From contig NZ_JBAPMI010000157.1 in NCBI RefSeq assembly GCF_049278535.1, forward strand, positions 2,792-66,791: 64,000 bases of DNA, written 5' to 3'. A program made the translations under genes and the position numbers. This DNA is from Mycobacterium sp. GTDB lineage: Bacteria > Actinomycetota > Actinomycetes > Mycobacteriales > Mycobacteriaceae. The stretch's first letter is position 1. Every line of letters starts with the position of its first letter. A model generated the notes under the pieces. It was not told where the DNA came from, ran no database searches, and saw only the letters and a program-made list of their open reading frames with translations. Below are positions 56,378 through 64,000 of this stretch, in pieces.

Positions 56378-57412
56378 GTGACTCAGGCGGCGACTCGGCC
56401 AACATCCGAGACCGACAGCACCGACATCCTGGCCGTGGCGCGTCACCAAGTGCTCGAGGGTGGCGAAGGGCTGAGCCGGCAACAGGTGCTGGAGGTGCTG
56501 CAGCTTCCCGACGAACGGCTCGAAGAGCTGTTGGCGCTGGCGCACGAAGTGCGGATGGCCTGGTGCGGTCCCGAGGTCGAGGTCGAAGGCATCATCAGCC
56601 TGAAGACCGGCGGCTGCCCCGAAGACTGTCATTTCTGCTCGCAATCGGGGTTGTTCGCCTCACCGGTGCGCAGTGCCTGGCTGGATGTCCCCAGCCTGGT
56701 CGAAGCCGCCAAACAGACTGCCAAGACCGGCGCCACCGAGTTCTGCATCGTCGCCGCGGTACGCGGACCCGACGAGCGGCTGCTGGCTCAGGTGGCTGCC
56801 GGCATCGAAGCGATCCGCGACGCTGTCGACATCCAGATCGCCTGCTCACTCGGCATGCTGACCGCCGAGCAAGTAGACCGGCTCGCCGCGATGGGCGTAC
56901 ATCGCTACAACCACAACCTGGAGACGGCTCGCTCCTTCTTCCCCAATGTCGTCACCACACACAGCTGGGAAGAGCGCTGGGAGACGCTGTCGATGGTGCG
57001 CGAGGCCGGCATGGAGGTGTGCTGCGGCGGCATTCTCGGCATGGGCGAGACCATCGAGCAGCGCGCGGAGTTCGCCGCCAACCTGGCCGAGCTGGACCCC
57101 GACGAGGTGCCGCTGAACTTCCTCAACCCCCGGCCGGGCACGCCGTTCGGTGACCTCGAAGTACTGCCGGCCAGCGAAGCGCTCAAGGCGGTCGCCGCAT
57201 TCCGGTTGGCCTTGCCGCGCACCATGCTGCGCTTTGCCGGTGGCCGGGAGATCACGCTTGGGGACCTAGGCGCCAAACAGGGCATTCTGGGCGGCATCAA
57301 CGCCGTGATCGTCGGCAACTACCTGACCACGCTGGGCCGGCCCGCCGAGGCCGATCTGGAGCTGCTCGAAGATCTGCAGATGCCGATCAAGGCCCTCAAC
57401 GCCAGCCTGTAG
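56378..57412 (+). CDS. bioB: biotin synthase BioB
   Basis: Radical SAM motif [11 protein letters not shown]. Near-identical stretches to M. tuberculosis BioB. AAGGAG lies upstream of the GTG. Confidence 0.93.
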   Translation: MTQAATRPTSETDSTDILAVARHQVLEGGEGLSRQQVLEVLQLPDERLEELLALAHEVRMAWCGPEVEVEGIISLKTGGCPEDCHFCSQSGLFASPVRSAWLDVPSLVEAAKQTAKTGATEFCIVAAVRGPDERLLAQVAAGIEAIRDAVDIQIACSLGMLTAEQVDRLAAMGVHRYNHNLETARSFFPNVVTTHSWEERWETLSMVREAGMEVCCGGILGMGETIEQRAEFAANLAELDPDEVPLNFLNPRPGTPFGDLEVLPASEALKAVAAFRLALPRTMLRFAGGREITLGDLGAKQGILGGINAVIVGNYLTTLGRPAEADLELLEDLQMPIKALNASL

Positions 57413-57420
57413 ACGAGACG

Positions 57421-57651
57421 GTGATGCTCCGCGATCTGCCTGCGCCGGTAGGGGCGGGCATTTATAACGTCTATACCGGCGATCCGGCCGACAGCGCCGT
57501 GCCGACGGCAGCCCAGCTGGGTTTGGAGCCGCCCCGGTTCTGCGCCGAATGCGGTCGGCGGATGGTGGTTCAGGTCCGGCCCGATGGCTGGTGGGCGAAA
57601 TGTTCGCGGCACGGCCGGGTGGACTCGGCGGATCTGGAGGCACAGCGATGA
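57421..57651 (+). CDS. bsaP: small Cys/His protein downstream of bioB (Rv1590-like; biotin synthase auxiliary protein)
   Basis: 76 aa with FCAECGRRM...KCSRHG (C-x2-C ... C-x2-H). Conserved position right after bioB. The name is recalled from recent mycobacterial work and was not verified here. Confidence 0.55.
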   Translation: MMLRDLPAPVGAGIYNVYTGDPADSAVPTAAQLGLEPPRFCAECGRRMVVQVRPDGWWAKCSRHGRVDSADLEAQR

Positions 57652-58280
57652 CCGACGTGCGGGCCGGCGGCGTGCCGCGCATTTCCCGGCGACGAGCCGA
57701 AATCACGGTGGCGGCGGGACTGCTTCCCATCGGCGCGCTCGTCGGTGCCCTGTGGGCATGGCTGACCCCACCGATCAAAGGTGCGGTGGCGCTGACCCAT
57801 AGCGGTGAGCGGGTGCACGAGTATCTGGGCAGCGAAGCCGATCATTATTTCGTCGCCGCGTTCCTGATGCTTGGGCTGCTGAACGTCGTCGCCGCGGTGG
57901 CAGCCGTGCTGGCCTGGCAGTGGCGGCCGCACCGCGGTCCCGGGATGGTCGCCGGGCTGTGCGCCGGCGTGGTGATCGCGGCCGGTGCTGCGATCGGCGT
58001 AGGCGTGCTCTTGGCGCATTTACGGTATGGCGCAGTCAATTTCGACACCGTCCCGGTGAGCCACGATCACCCGCTGTACTACGTCACTGAGGCGCCATCG
58101 GTGTTCTTCGGCTCCTCAGGGCTACAGAAAGCCTGCACGCTGCTGCTTCCGGCCGCGACCGCCGCACTGGTCTACGCCATACCGGTTGCGGCGACCGCAC
58201 GCGACGATCTCGGCGGCTATCCGGCCGTCGAGGCGGTGTATCCGCGCGCTGAAAGCGCTGAAGGCTCGACGCCGTCATAG
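57648..58280 (+). CDS. integral membrane protein (Rv1591-like)
   Basis: ATG at 57648 overlaps the previous TGA (ATGA). Several hydrophobic helices. Confidence 0.6.
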   Translation: MTDVRAGGVPRISRRRAEITVAAGLLPIGALVGALWAWLTPPIKGAVALTHSGERVHEYLGSEADHYFVAAFLMLGLLNVVAAVAAVLAWQWRPHRGPGMVAGLCAGVVIAAGAAIGVGVLLAHLRYGAVNFDTVPVSHDHPLYYVTEAPSVFFGSSGLQKACTLLLPAATAALVYAIPVAATARDDLGGYPAVEAVYPRAESAEGSTPS

Positions 58281-59618
58281 CGGACGGCGGTGTACTGCCT
58301 TTCCGGTGATGACCTTGGCCGCGATGACGGCCAGCCGCGCCATGCCAACGTAGGTGGTCGGGTTGAACATCGTCGGCCATTTCGTTCTGACCAGGTGATC
58401 GGTCAGTGGCCGGCGCGCAAACCGGTCCTGCAGCCAGCGCAACGCCATCGGCGCCGACAGCGGATGCAGCAGCAGGTGCTCGTTGAACGCGTCGCGGTGA
58501 TAGGTGACATCGGCGCCGCCCGCCGAGTAGGCGTCGGCCAGCCGGTCGATGTCTTCGACGTCGATCAGATAGTCGTGCACAGCCTGCACGATCAGTACCG
58601 GCGGGGTGGGCACCTTGGCGCCCAGTCGGATGCTGTCGAAGACGTGCTGAACTTCCGGCATCGTCAGGATTTCTTCCAGCGGCCGGTCGAGGTACTGTCC
58701 GACGTCCTTCTTGATCATCCGGATGACCGCGCCGATGGTCGTCATACTTTCCAGCCGGCGCAGGATCGCGCGTCCCTCGTCGGTGGCGTGTTCGTCGATG
58801 ACCCGGTCCAGGTCGGGGTAGATATGCACCAGCGCGGCGATCACCATGGCCGGTAGGCCGGACAGGAAGCTCCCGTTGAGCCGGCGGAACGTGTGGCCGA
58901 GGTCGCCGACCGGTGACCCCAGCACTGCGCCGACGATGTCCAGCTCCGGTGCGTAGTCCGCGCACAGCTCGGCGGCCCATGCGGTCGCTAGGCCGCCGCC
59001 GGAGTAGCCCCACAAGGCCACCGGCGCCGACGAGGCCAGCCCGAGCCGCTCGGCGTTCATCGCGGCCCGAACACCGTCCAGAATGAAGTAACCGGGCTCG
59101 AACGGCGCCCCCCACATTCCGGCGCGGCCTTCGTGGTCGGGGATCGACACCGCCCAGCCTTCGGCGAGCGCGGCCGCGATCAACAGATATTCCAGCTGGG
59201 CCAGCGAGCCCACGGCCTGCGCGCGTCGCCGCAGGGCATACGACGGAAAACATCGAGACGACACCGCGTCGATCGCGCACTGGTACGAGAGCACCGGGCA
59301 GGGCCGCTCGGGCGTGGCGTCGGCGGGCACGATGACCGTCGTTGCCGTCGCCTCGGGCCTGCCGTTCATGTCCGTGGTGCGGTACAGCAGTTGGGTGGCC
59401 ATCGCTCGTTGCGGGATCAGGCCGAGAAATGCCAGCTCTACGTCGCGCGAACGCAGCACGGTGCCGGGCGTGGCGTGCTGGTAACCGGGCGGCGGCTCGA
59501 AGAACGGATCCTCAGACGGCAGGAGTGGTCGGGCCTTGGCCTGCAAATCCTCATGGGGCGCCCGACCGATCCACTCGGCACCGGTCTCGGTCGCGCTCGC
59601 AAGGTTGCCAATGTCCAT
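58275..59618 (-). CDS. secretory-lipase-family (LIP) alpha/beta hydrolase (Rv1592c-like)
   Basis: Nucleophile elbow GYSGGG. About 447 aa from ATG 59618. In Rv1592c position. Confidence 0.75.
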   Translation of the reverse strand: MDIGNLASATETGAEWIGRAPHEDLQAKARPLLPSEDPFFEPPPGYQHATPGTVLRSRDVELAFLGLIPQRAMATQLLYRTTDMNGRPEATATTVIVPADATPERPCPVLSYQCAIDAVSSRCFPSYALRRRAQAVGSLAQLEYLLIAAALAEGWAVSIPDHEGRAGMWGAPFEPGYFILDGVRAAMNAERLGLASSAPVALWGYSGGGLATAWAAELCADYAPELDIVGAVLGSPVGDLGHTFRRLNGSFLSGLPAMVIAALVHIYPDLDRVIDEHATDEGRAILRRLESMTTIGAVIRMIKKDVGQYLDRPLEEILTMPEVQHVFDSIRLGAKVPTPPVLIVQAVHDYLIDVEDIDRLADAYSAGGADVTYHRDAFNEHLLLHPLSAPMALRWLQDRFARRPLTDHLVRTKWPTMFNPTTYVGMARLAVIAAKVITGKAVHRRPL

Positions 59619-59680
59619 CGGAACATTCTTGCTTAAGAGGGCTTTAAGAATCCAGTCGGCCCGCCGGTGGCTCGCGCATG

Positions 59681-60391
59681 TCACGCAGAGCCGGGAGGGC
59701 GCAACGCGGCGAATTCGTCAGTGACCCGCAGCTGTGACTCGGTGAATCGATACATCGCCGCCGGGCGGCCGCCGCTACGCCCGGACTGTGCGACGGTGCC
59801 GGTCGGCGTGATGACGCCACGGCGGGTCAGCACACGCTGCAGATTGGTGGTATCCACCTGGTAGTCCAGTGCGGCGCTGTAGATGTCGCGCAGCGTCGAC
59901 ATCGCGAATTCGGTTGGTGCCAAGGCAAATCCGATATTCGTGTACGACATCTTGGCGACCAGTCGGGTCCGGGCGTGAGCGACCATCGGGCCGTGGTCGA
60001 ACGCCATCGGCGGCAACGCGGCGACCGGGTGCCAGCGGGTGTCCGGCGGTAGCTCCGGGATGGCGGGGGAGGGAACCAGGCCCAGGAACGTCGACGCGAT
60101 GGTGCGCGCGCCGGGCAATCGTGCGGGTTCGGAAAACACCGCGAGTTGCTCCAAGTGAGCGACTTCACGCAGATCGACCTTCTCGGCCAGCTGGCGCCGC
60201 ACCGACGTCGTCATGTCCTCGTCGTGGCGCAGTTGCCCGCCGGGCAGAGACCACGCACCTCGTTGCGGATCGCGAGCACGCTGCCACAACAGCACACTGA
60301 GCTCGGGTTTTTGCGTCTTCGAGCCTGGTCCGAGCCCGCGAACCTGGAATACGACAGCGAGCACTTCGTGCTCAGTGCTACCATTGACCAT
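59681..60391 (-). CDS. nrtR: NrtR-type Nudix-related transcriptional regulator of NAD biosynthesis (Rv1593c-like)
   Basis: N-terminal Nudix fold with a degenerate box ([22 protein letters not shown]). C-terminal winged-HTH-like part ([22 protein letters not shown]). Divergent from nadABC. Confidence 0.8.
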   Translation of the reverse strand: MVNGSTEHEVLAVVFQVRGLGPGSKTQKPELSVLLWQRARDPQRGAWSLPGGQLRHDEDMTTSVRRQLAEKVDLREVAHLEQLAVFSEPARLPGARTIASTFLGLVPSPAIPELPPDTRWHPVAALPPMAFDHGPMVAHARTRLVAKMSYTNIGFALAPTEFAMSTLRDIYSAALDYQVDTTNLQRVLTRRGVITPTGTVAQSGRSGGRPAAMYRFTESQLRVTDEFAALRPPGSA

Positions 60392-60392
60392 G

Positions 60393-60413
60393 TTTTCGAT
60401 TATAAGTCGAAAA
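60393..60413. promoter_or_regulatory. perfect palindrome TTTTCGA-N7-TCGAAAA (candidate NrtR operator 1)
   Basis: 7-bp arms. It contains the minus-strand TATAAT (60399-60404) of the nrtR promoter. Confidence 0.5.
60399..60404 (-). promoter_or_regulatory. consensus -10 TATAAT, 7 nt before nrtR ATG 60391 (leaderless layout)
   Basis: The minus strand reads TATAAT CGAAAAC ATG. Confidence 0.45.
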
Positions 60414-60424
60414 CCGACGCCGGG

Positions 60425-60441
60425 AGTCGAAAGGATCGACT
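60425..60441. promoter_or_regulatory. palindrome AGTCGA-N5-TCGACT (candidate NrtR operator 2)
   Basis: 6-bp arms. It ends immediately before the nadA ATG and covers the AAGGA ribosome-binding site. It shares the TCGA core with operator 1. Confidence 0.4.
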
Positions 60442-61521
60442 ATGACAGTCGTGAATCGCACCGACTTGCTGTCAAACGGGCTGGAAAAAGACATGGCAAA
60501 CGATCTGGCCGCGGGAATCACTAACTCTCCCAACGGTTTCGGTGGCATCGAAGGCGACGCGCAATGGGCGGCCGAGATTCGTCGGCTGGCTGACCTGCGG
60601 AACGCCACGATCCTGGCGCACAACTATCAGCTGCCGGCCATCCAGGATGTCGCTGATCACGTCGGAGACTCGCTGGCGCTGTCCCGGGTCGCCGCCGAGG
60701 TGCCCGAGGACACCATCGTGTTCTGCGGTGTGCATTTCATGGCCGAGACCGCGAAAATCCTCAGCCCCGACAAGACTGTGCTCATCCCCGATCAGCGTGC
60801 CGGGTGCTCGCTCGCCGACTCGATCACGCCCGAGGATCTGCAGGCCTGGAAAGACGAACACCCCGGCGCCGTTGTCGTCTCCTACGTCAACACCACCGCA
60901 GCGGTGAAGGCGCTCACCGACATCTGCTGCACTTCGTCCAACGCCGTCGACGTCGTAGCCTCCATCGACCCCGACCGCGAGGTGCTGTTCTGCCCCGATC
61001 AGTTCCTCGGAGCCCACGTGCGCCGGATGACGGGCCGCGACAACGTGCACGTGTGGGCCGGTGAGTGCCACGTGCACGCCGGGATCAACGGCGATGAGTT
61101 GGCCGATCAGGCCCGCCGGCACCCCGACGCCGAGCTGTTCGTCCATCCGGAGTGTGGCTGCGCGACGTCTGCGCTGTATCTGGCCGGTGAGGGCGCCTTC
61201 CCGGACGACCGGGTCAAAATCCTGTCGACCGGAGGCATGCTGGACGCCGCGCGCGAAACCCGAGCCCGACAGGTGTTGGTCGCCACCGAGGTCGGGATGC
61301 TGTACCAGCTGCGCAACGCCGCACCGGACGTCGACTTCCAGGCGGTCAACGATCGTGCATCGTGCAAGTACATGAAGATGATCACCCCCGCGGCCCTGTT
61401 GCGTTGCCTGGTCGAGGGTGCCGACGAAGTCCACGTCGATCCCCAGACCGCGGCACGGGCGCGGCAGAGCGTGCAGCGGATGATCGCGATCGGCCAGCCG
61501 GGCGGCGGCGGCGGCGAATGA
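60442..61521 (+). CDS. nadA: quinolinate synthase NadA
   Basis: Near-colinear with M. tuberculosis NadA ([48 protein letters not shown]). Confidence 0.93.
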   Translation: MTVVNRTDLLSNGLEKDMANDLAAGITNSPNGFGGIEGDAQWAAEIRRLADLRNATILAHNYQLPAIQDVADHVGDSLALSRVAAEVPEDTIVFCGVHFMAETAKILSPDKTVLIPDQRAGCSLADSITPEDLQAWKDEHPGAVVVSYVNTTAAVKALTDICCTSSNAVDVVASIDPDREVLFCPDQFLGAHVRRMTGRDNVHVWAGECHVHAGINGDELADQARRHPDAELFVHPECGCATSALYLAGEGAFPDDRVKILSTGGMLDAARETRARQVLVATEVGMLYQLRNAAPDVDFQAVNDRASCKYMKMITPAALLRCLVEGADEVHVDPQTAARARQSVQRMIAIGQPGGGGGE

Positions 61522-63104
61522 GCATCCACCCGACTTGGGCAGAGAGCGCTGATGTCGTCGTCATCGGCACGGGTGTCGGTGGTCTGGCCGCGGCACTGGC
61601 CGCGCACCGCGCGGGCCGGCGCGTCATCGTGCTCAGTAAGGCCGGCCGCAAGCCGGGCGCGACGGCCACGCACTACGCCCAGGGCGGGATCGCCGTGGTC
61701 TTACCGGACACCGACGACTCGGTCGATGGGCACGTCGCCGATACCCTGGCGGCCGGCGCCGGGCTTTGTGATACCGACGCGGTGACCTCGATCGTTGCGG
61801 ACGGCTTTCGGGCAGTCACCGAATTAGTCAGCGACGGAGCGCAATTCGATCGGGCTGCGACCGGCGGCTGGGCGCTCAGTCGCGAAGGTGGACACTCCCG
61901 GCGACGCATCGTGCACGCGGGGGGCGACGCCACCGGTGCCGAGGTGCAACGGGCCCTCGACCGTGCGGCGACCACGCTGGACATCCGGACCAAGCACGCC
62001 GCGTTGCGACTGCTGCACGACACGGCTTCGGGAGTCGATGCTGTGACCGGTGTTCTGGTAGCCGATCCGCGGGGGATCGGCATCGTCCACGCGCCGTCAG
62101 TGATTCTGGCCACCGGCGGTCTCGGGCAACTCTTCGGCGCGACAACCAACCCGGCCGGTTCCACCGGCGACGGGGTCGCGTTGGCGCTGTGGGCCGGTGT
62201 CGCGGTCAGCGACATCGAGTTCATCCAGTTTCACCCGACGATGCTCTATGACGGCCGTGCAGGTGGTCGCCGGCCGCTGGTCACCGAGGCGATACGCGGT
62301 GAGGGCGCGGCCTTGGTTGACAGTCAAGGTAATTCGGTGACCGCGGGTGTGCATCCGATGGGAGATCTGGCGCCGCGCGATGTGGTGGCCGGCGCGATCG
62401 AGGCGCGCCTGCGCGCTATCGGCGACGACTGCGTTTACCTCGACGCCCGCGGTATCGACGACTTTGGTCGCCGCTTCCCCACTGTTGCCGCCGCCTGCCG
62501 GGCGGCGGGCATCGACCCGGTTCGTCAGCCGATCCCGGTGGCCCCGGGTGCGCACTACAGCTGCGGCGGCGTCGTCACCGACGTTCACGGTCGCACCGAG
62601 CTGCCCGGGCTGTTCGCCGCGGGCGAGGTCGCCCGCACCGGCATGCACGGCGCCAACCGGCTGGCATCCAACAGCCTGTTGGAGGGCCTGGTCGTGGGAG
62701 GCCGGGCGGGCCGCGCCGCGGCTGAGCACGCAACGCTGCTCGGACGTGTCCACGCGACGGCGGGGGAGCCGGCCGGATGTGCGGCACTGGCTCGCGCCGA
62801 GCTACAGCGGGCCATGAGCCGCGATGCCGCGGTGGTCCGCGACGCGGATGGCCTGTACCGGTTGATCGGCAAATTGTCGGCCGCGCCGGCGGGCGCGATC
62901 ACCACCCGCGCCGGCCTCGAGGACGCGGCATTAACCGTCGCCGCCCGCGCGGTGGCCACGGCGGCGCTGGCCCGCGAAGAAAGCCGAGGGTGTCACCACC
63001 GGGCGGAGTATCCGCACGCGGCTCCCGCTCCGGCCCGCAGCCTGGTCGTCCGGCTTGACGCGGACTACGACGCGCAGGTCGAGGAGTTGGCGGAGGTCTG
63101 CTGA
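61518..63104 (+). CDS. nadB: L-aspartate oxidase NadB
   Basis: FAD motif [15 protein letters not shown] and [25 protein letters not shown] motifs. ATG at 61518 overlaps the nadA TGA (ATGA). Confidence 0.92.
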   Translation: MSIHPTWAESADVVVIGTGVGGLAAALAAHRAGRRVIVLSKAGRKPGATATHYAQGGIAVVLPDTDDSVDGHVADTLAAGAGLCDTDAVTSIVADGFRAVTELVSDGAQFDRAATGGWALSREGGHSRRRIVHAGGDATGAEVQRALDRAATTLDIRTKHAALRLLHDTASGVDAVTGVLVADPRGIGIVHAPSVILATGGLGQLFGATTNPAGSTGDGVALALWAGVAVSDIEFIQFHPTMLYDGRAGGRRPLVTEAIRGEGAALVDSQGNSVTAGVHPMGDLAPRDVVAGAIEARLRAIGDDCVYLDARGIDDFGRRFPTVAAACRAAGIDPVRQPIPVAPGAHYSCGGVVTDVHGRTELPGLFAAGEVARTGMHGANRLASNSLLEGLVVGGRAGRAAAEHATLLGRVHATAGEPAGCAALARAELQRAMSRDAAVVRDADGLYRLIGKLSAAPAGAITTRAGLEDAALTVAARAVATAALAREESRGCHHRAEYPHAAPAPARSLVVRLDADYDAQVEELAEVC

Positions 63105-63148
63105 TGGCTGCGCCGTCGAGGATGCGGAGCCGAGCGGAGAGGAGCGCC

Positions 63149-64000
63149 ATGGGGGATTTGTCGGAAATCGACCTCACCGAGGCACGCGCCACGATCGCTC
63201 GGGCGCTCGACGAGGATCTGCGCTACGGCCCGGACATCACGACCGCGGCGACCGTGCCCGACGGTGCGGGAACCACGGCGTCGCTGATCACCCGCGAACC
63301 CGGGGTAATTGCCGGTGTGGACGTCGCGCTGCTGGTGCTCGACGAGGTGCTGGGCGCCGACGGGTATCGGATCATCGACCGGGTCGACGACGGCGCCCGG
63401 CTTGAGCCGGGAGCGTCGGCATTGACGGTGGAAGCCCCCATGCACGGCCTGTTGACCGCCGAGCGCACACTGCTCAACCTGGTATGCCACCTGTCCGGGA
63501 TTGCCACCGCGACCGCGGCGTGGGTGGACGCGGTGCACGGCACCGCAACGAAGATCCGTGACACCCGCAAGACGCTGCCCGGTTTGCGTGCCCTGCAGAA
63601 GTACGCGGTCCGGGTGGGCGGTGGCGTCAACCACCGGCTCGGCCTCGGCGACGCGGCGTTGATCAAGGACAACCACGTCGCGGCTGCGGGGTCGGTGGTC
63701 GCGGCGTTACGCGCGGTGCGGGCCGCCGCGCCCGGCCTGCCGTGCGAGGTCGAGGTCGATTCGCTCGAGCAGCTCGACGAAATCCTGCCCGAGGGCGCCG
63801 AATTGGTGCTGCTCGACAATTTTCCGGTCTGGCAGACCCAGATCGCGGTGCAGCGCCGCGACTCCCGGGCGCCGGCCACCAAACTCGAGTCCTCCGGCGG
63901 ACTTTCGCTGGAGTCCGCCGCGGACTACGCCGGGACCGGAGTGGACTACCTCGCGGTCGGGGCGCTCACGCATTCAGTGCGGGTGCTCGACATCGGCCTG
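63149..64000 (+). CDS. nadC: nicotinate-nucleotide pyrophosphorylase (carboxylating) NadC, 3' end cut by window edge
   Basis: My own translation from ATG 63149 (MGDLSEIDLTEARATIARALDEDLRYGPDITT...RDTRKTLPGLRALQKYAVRVGGGVNHRLGLGDAALIKDNH...) parallels M. tuberculosis NadC. GGAGAGGAG lies upstream. The frame is open to the end of the window. Confidence 0.9.
   Translation, partial: MGDLSEIDLTEARATIARALDEDLRYGPDITTAATVPDGAGTTASLITREPGVIAGVDVALLVLDEVLGADGYRIIDRVDDGARLEPGASALTVEAPMHGLLTAERTLLNLVCHLSGIATATAAWVDAVHGTATKIRDTRKTLPGLRALQKYAVRVGGGVNHRLGLGDAALIKDNHVAAAGSVVAALRAVRAAAPGLPCEVEVDSLEQLDEILPEGAELVLLDNFPVWQTQIAVQRRDSRAPATKLESSGGLSLESAADYAGTGVDYLAVGALTHSVRVLDIGL

Noticed and set aside
1-64000. 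Mobile elements, prophage genes, CRISPR arrays, rRNA/tRNA genes
   Set aside because: I saw no transposase-, integrase- or Cas-like translation, no regularly spaced repeats, and no rRNA or tRNA signatures. The accessory-looking segments have no recognisable mobility genes.

Overview
High-G+C actinobacterial chromosome, almost certainly a Mycobacterium. Many proteins are near-colinear with M. tuberculosis H37Rv proteins as I remember them. All family and ortholog calls come from motifs read in the translations and from memory; no search was run. The window has two parts. (1) Positions 1-21126 are a dense nitrate-assimilation and molybdenum-cofactor (Moco) block. It holds a CbiX-like chelatase fragment, nirBD, a mobA-moeA fusion, a NasN-type nitrate reductase fused to a diflavin reductase, and three uncharacterised genes. 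It also holds a three-gene membrane operon with a cytochrome b / sulfite-oxidase-family Moco fusion, an HTH-TOBE regulator, moaA-moaD, moaE, moeA, moaC-mog, a MOT1-like molybdate/sulfate transporter and narK. (2) Positions 21231-64000 follow the gene order I recall for Rv1542c (glbN) to Rv1596 (nadC). In order: glbN, two SDR reductases, an SRPBCC protein, dnaE1, fadD, a desaturase, a Ddn-like protein, ilvA, treZYX, a SucT-like acyltransferase, a RipD-like protein, bioAFD, bioB-bsaP, a lipase, nrtR and nadABC. This window has extra genes relative to that reference. They are an orphan mmpL, a SAM methyltransferase, a two-gene unknown pair where H37Rv has vapBC11, and an NAD-dependent formate dehydrogenase. 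There is also an uncharacterised four-gene membrane/cupredoxin-like lipoprotein operon where H37Rv has the phiRv1/REP13E12 region. The best candidates for undescribed biology are that four-gene operon (52316-56188) and the cytochrome b-Moco operon (11261-13584). Regulatory observations include paired palindromes between nrtR and nadA, a GlnR-like box upstream of nirB, a long repeat-containing leader upstream of the ripD-like gene, and a recurring TANNNT-N6/7-start (leaderless) layout. No rRNA, tRNA, CRISPR array, IS element, transposase or integrase was seen. Many long track ORFs are antisense or alternate-frame artefacts of the high G+C content.
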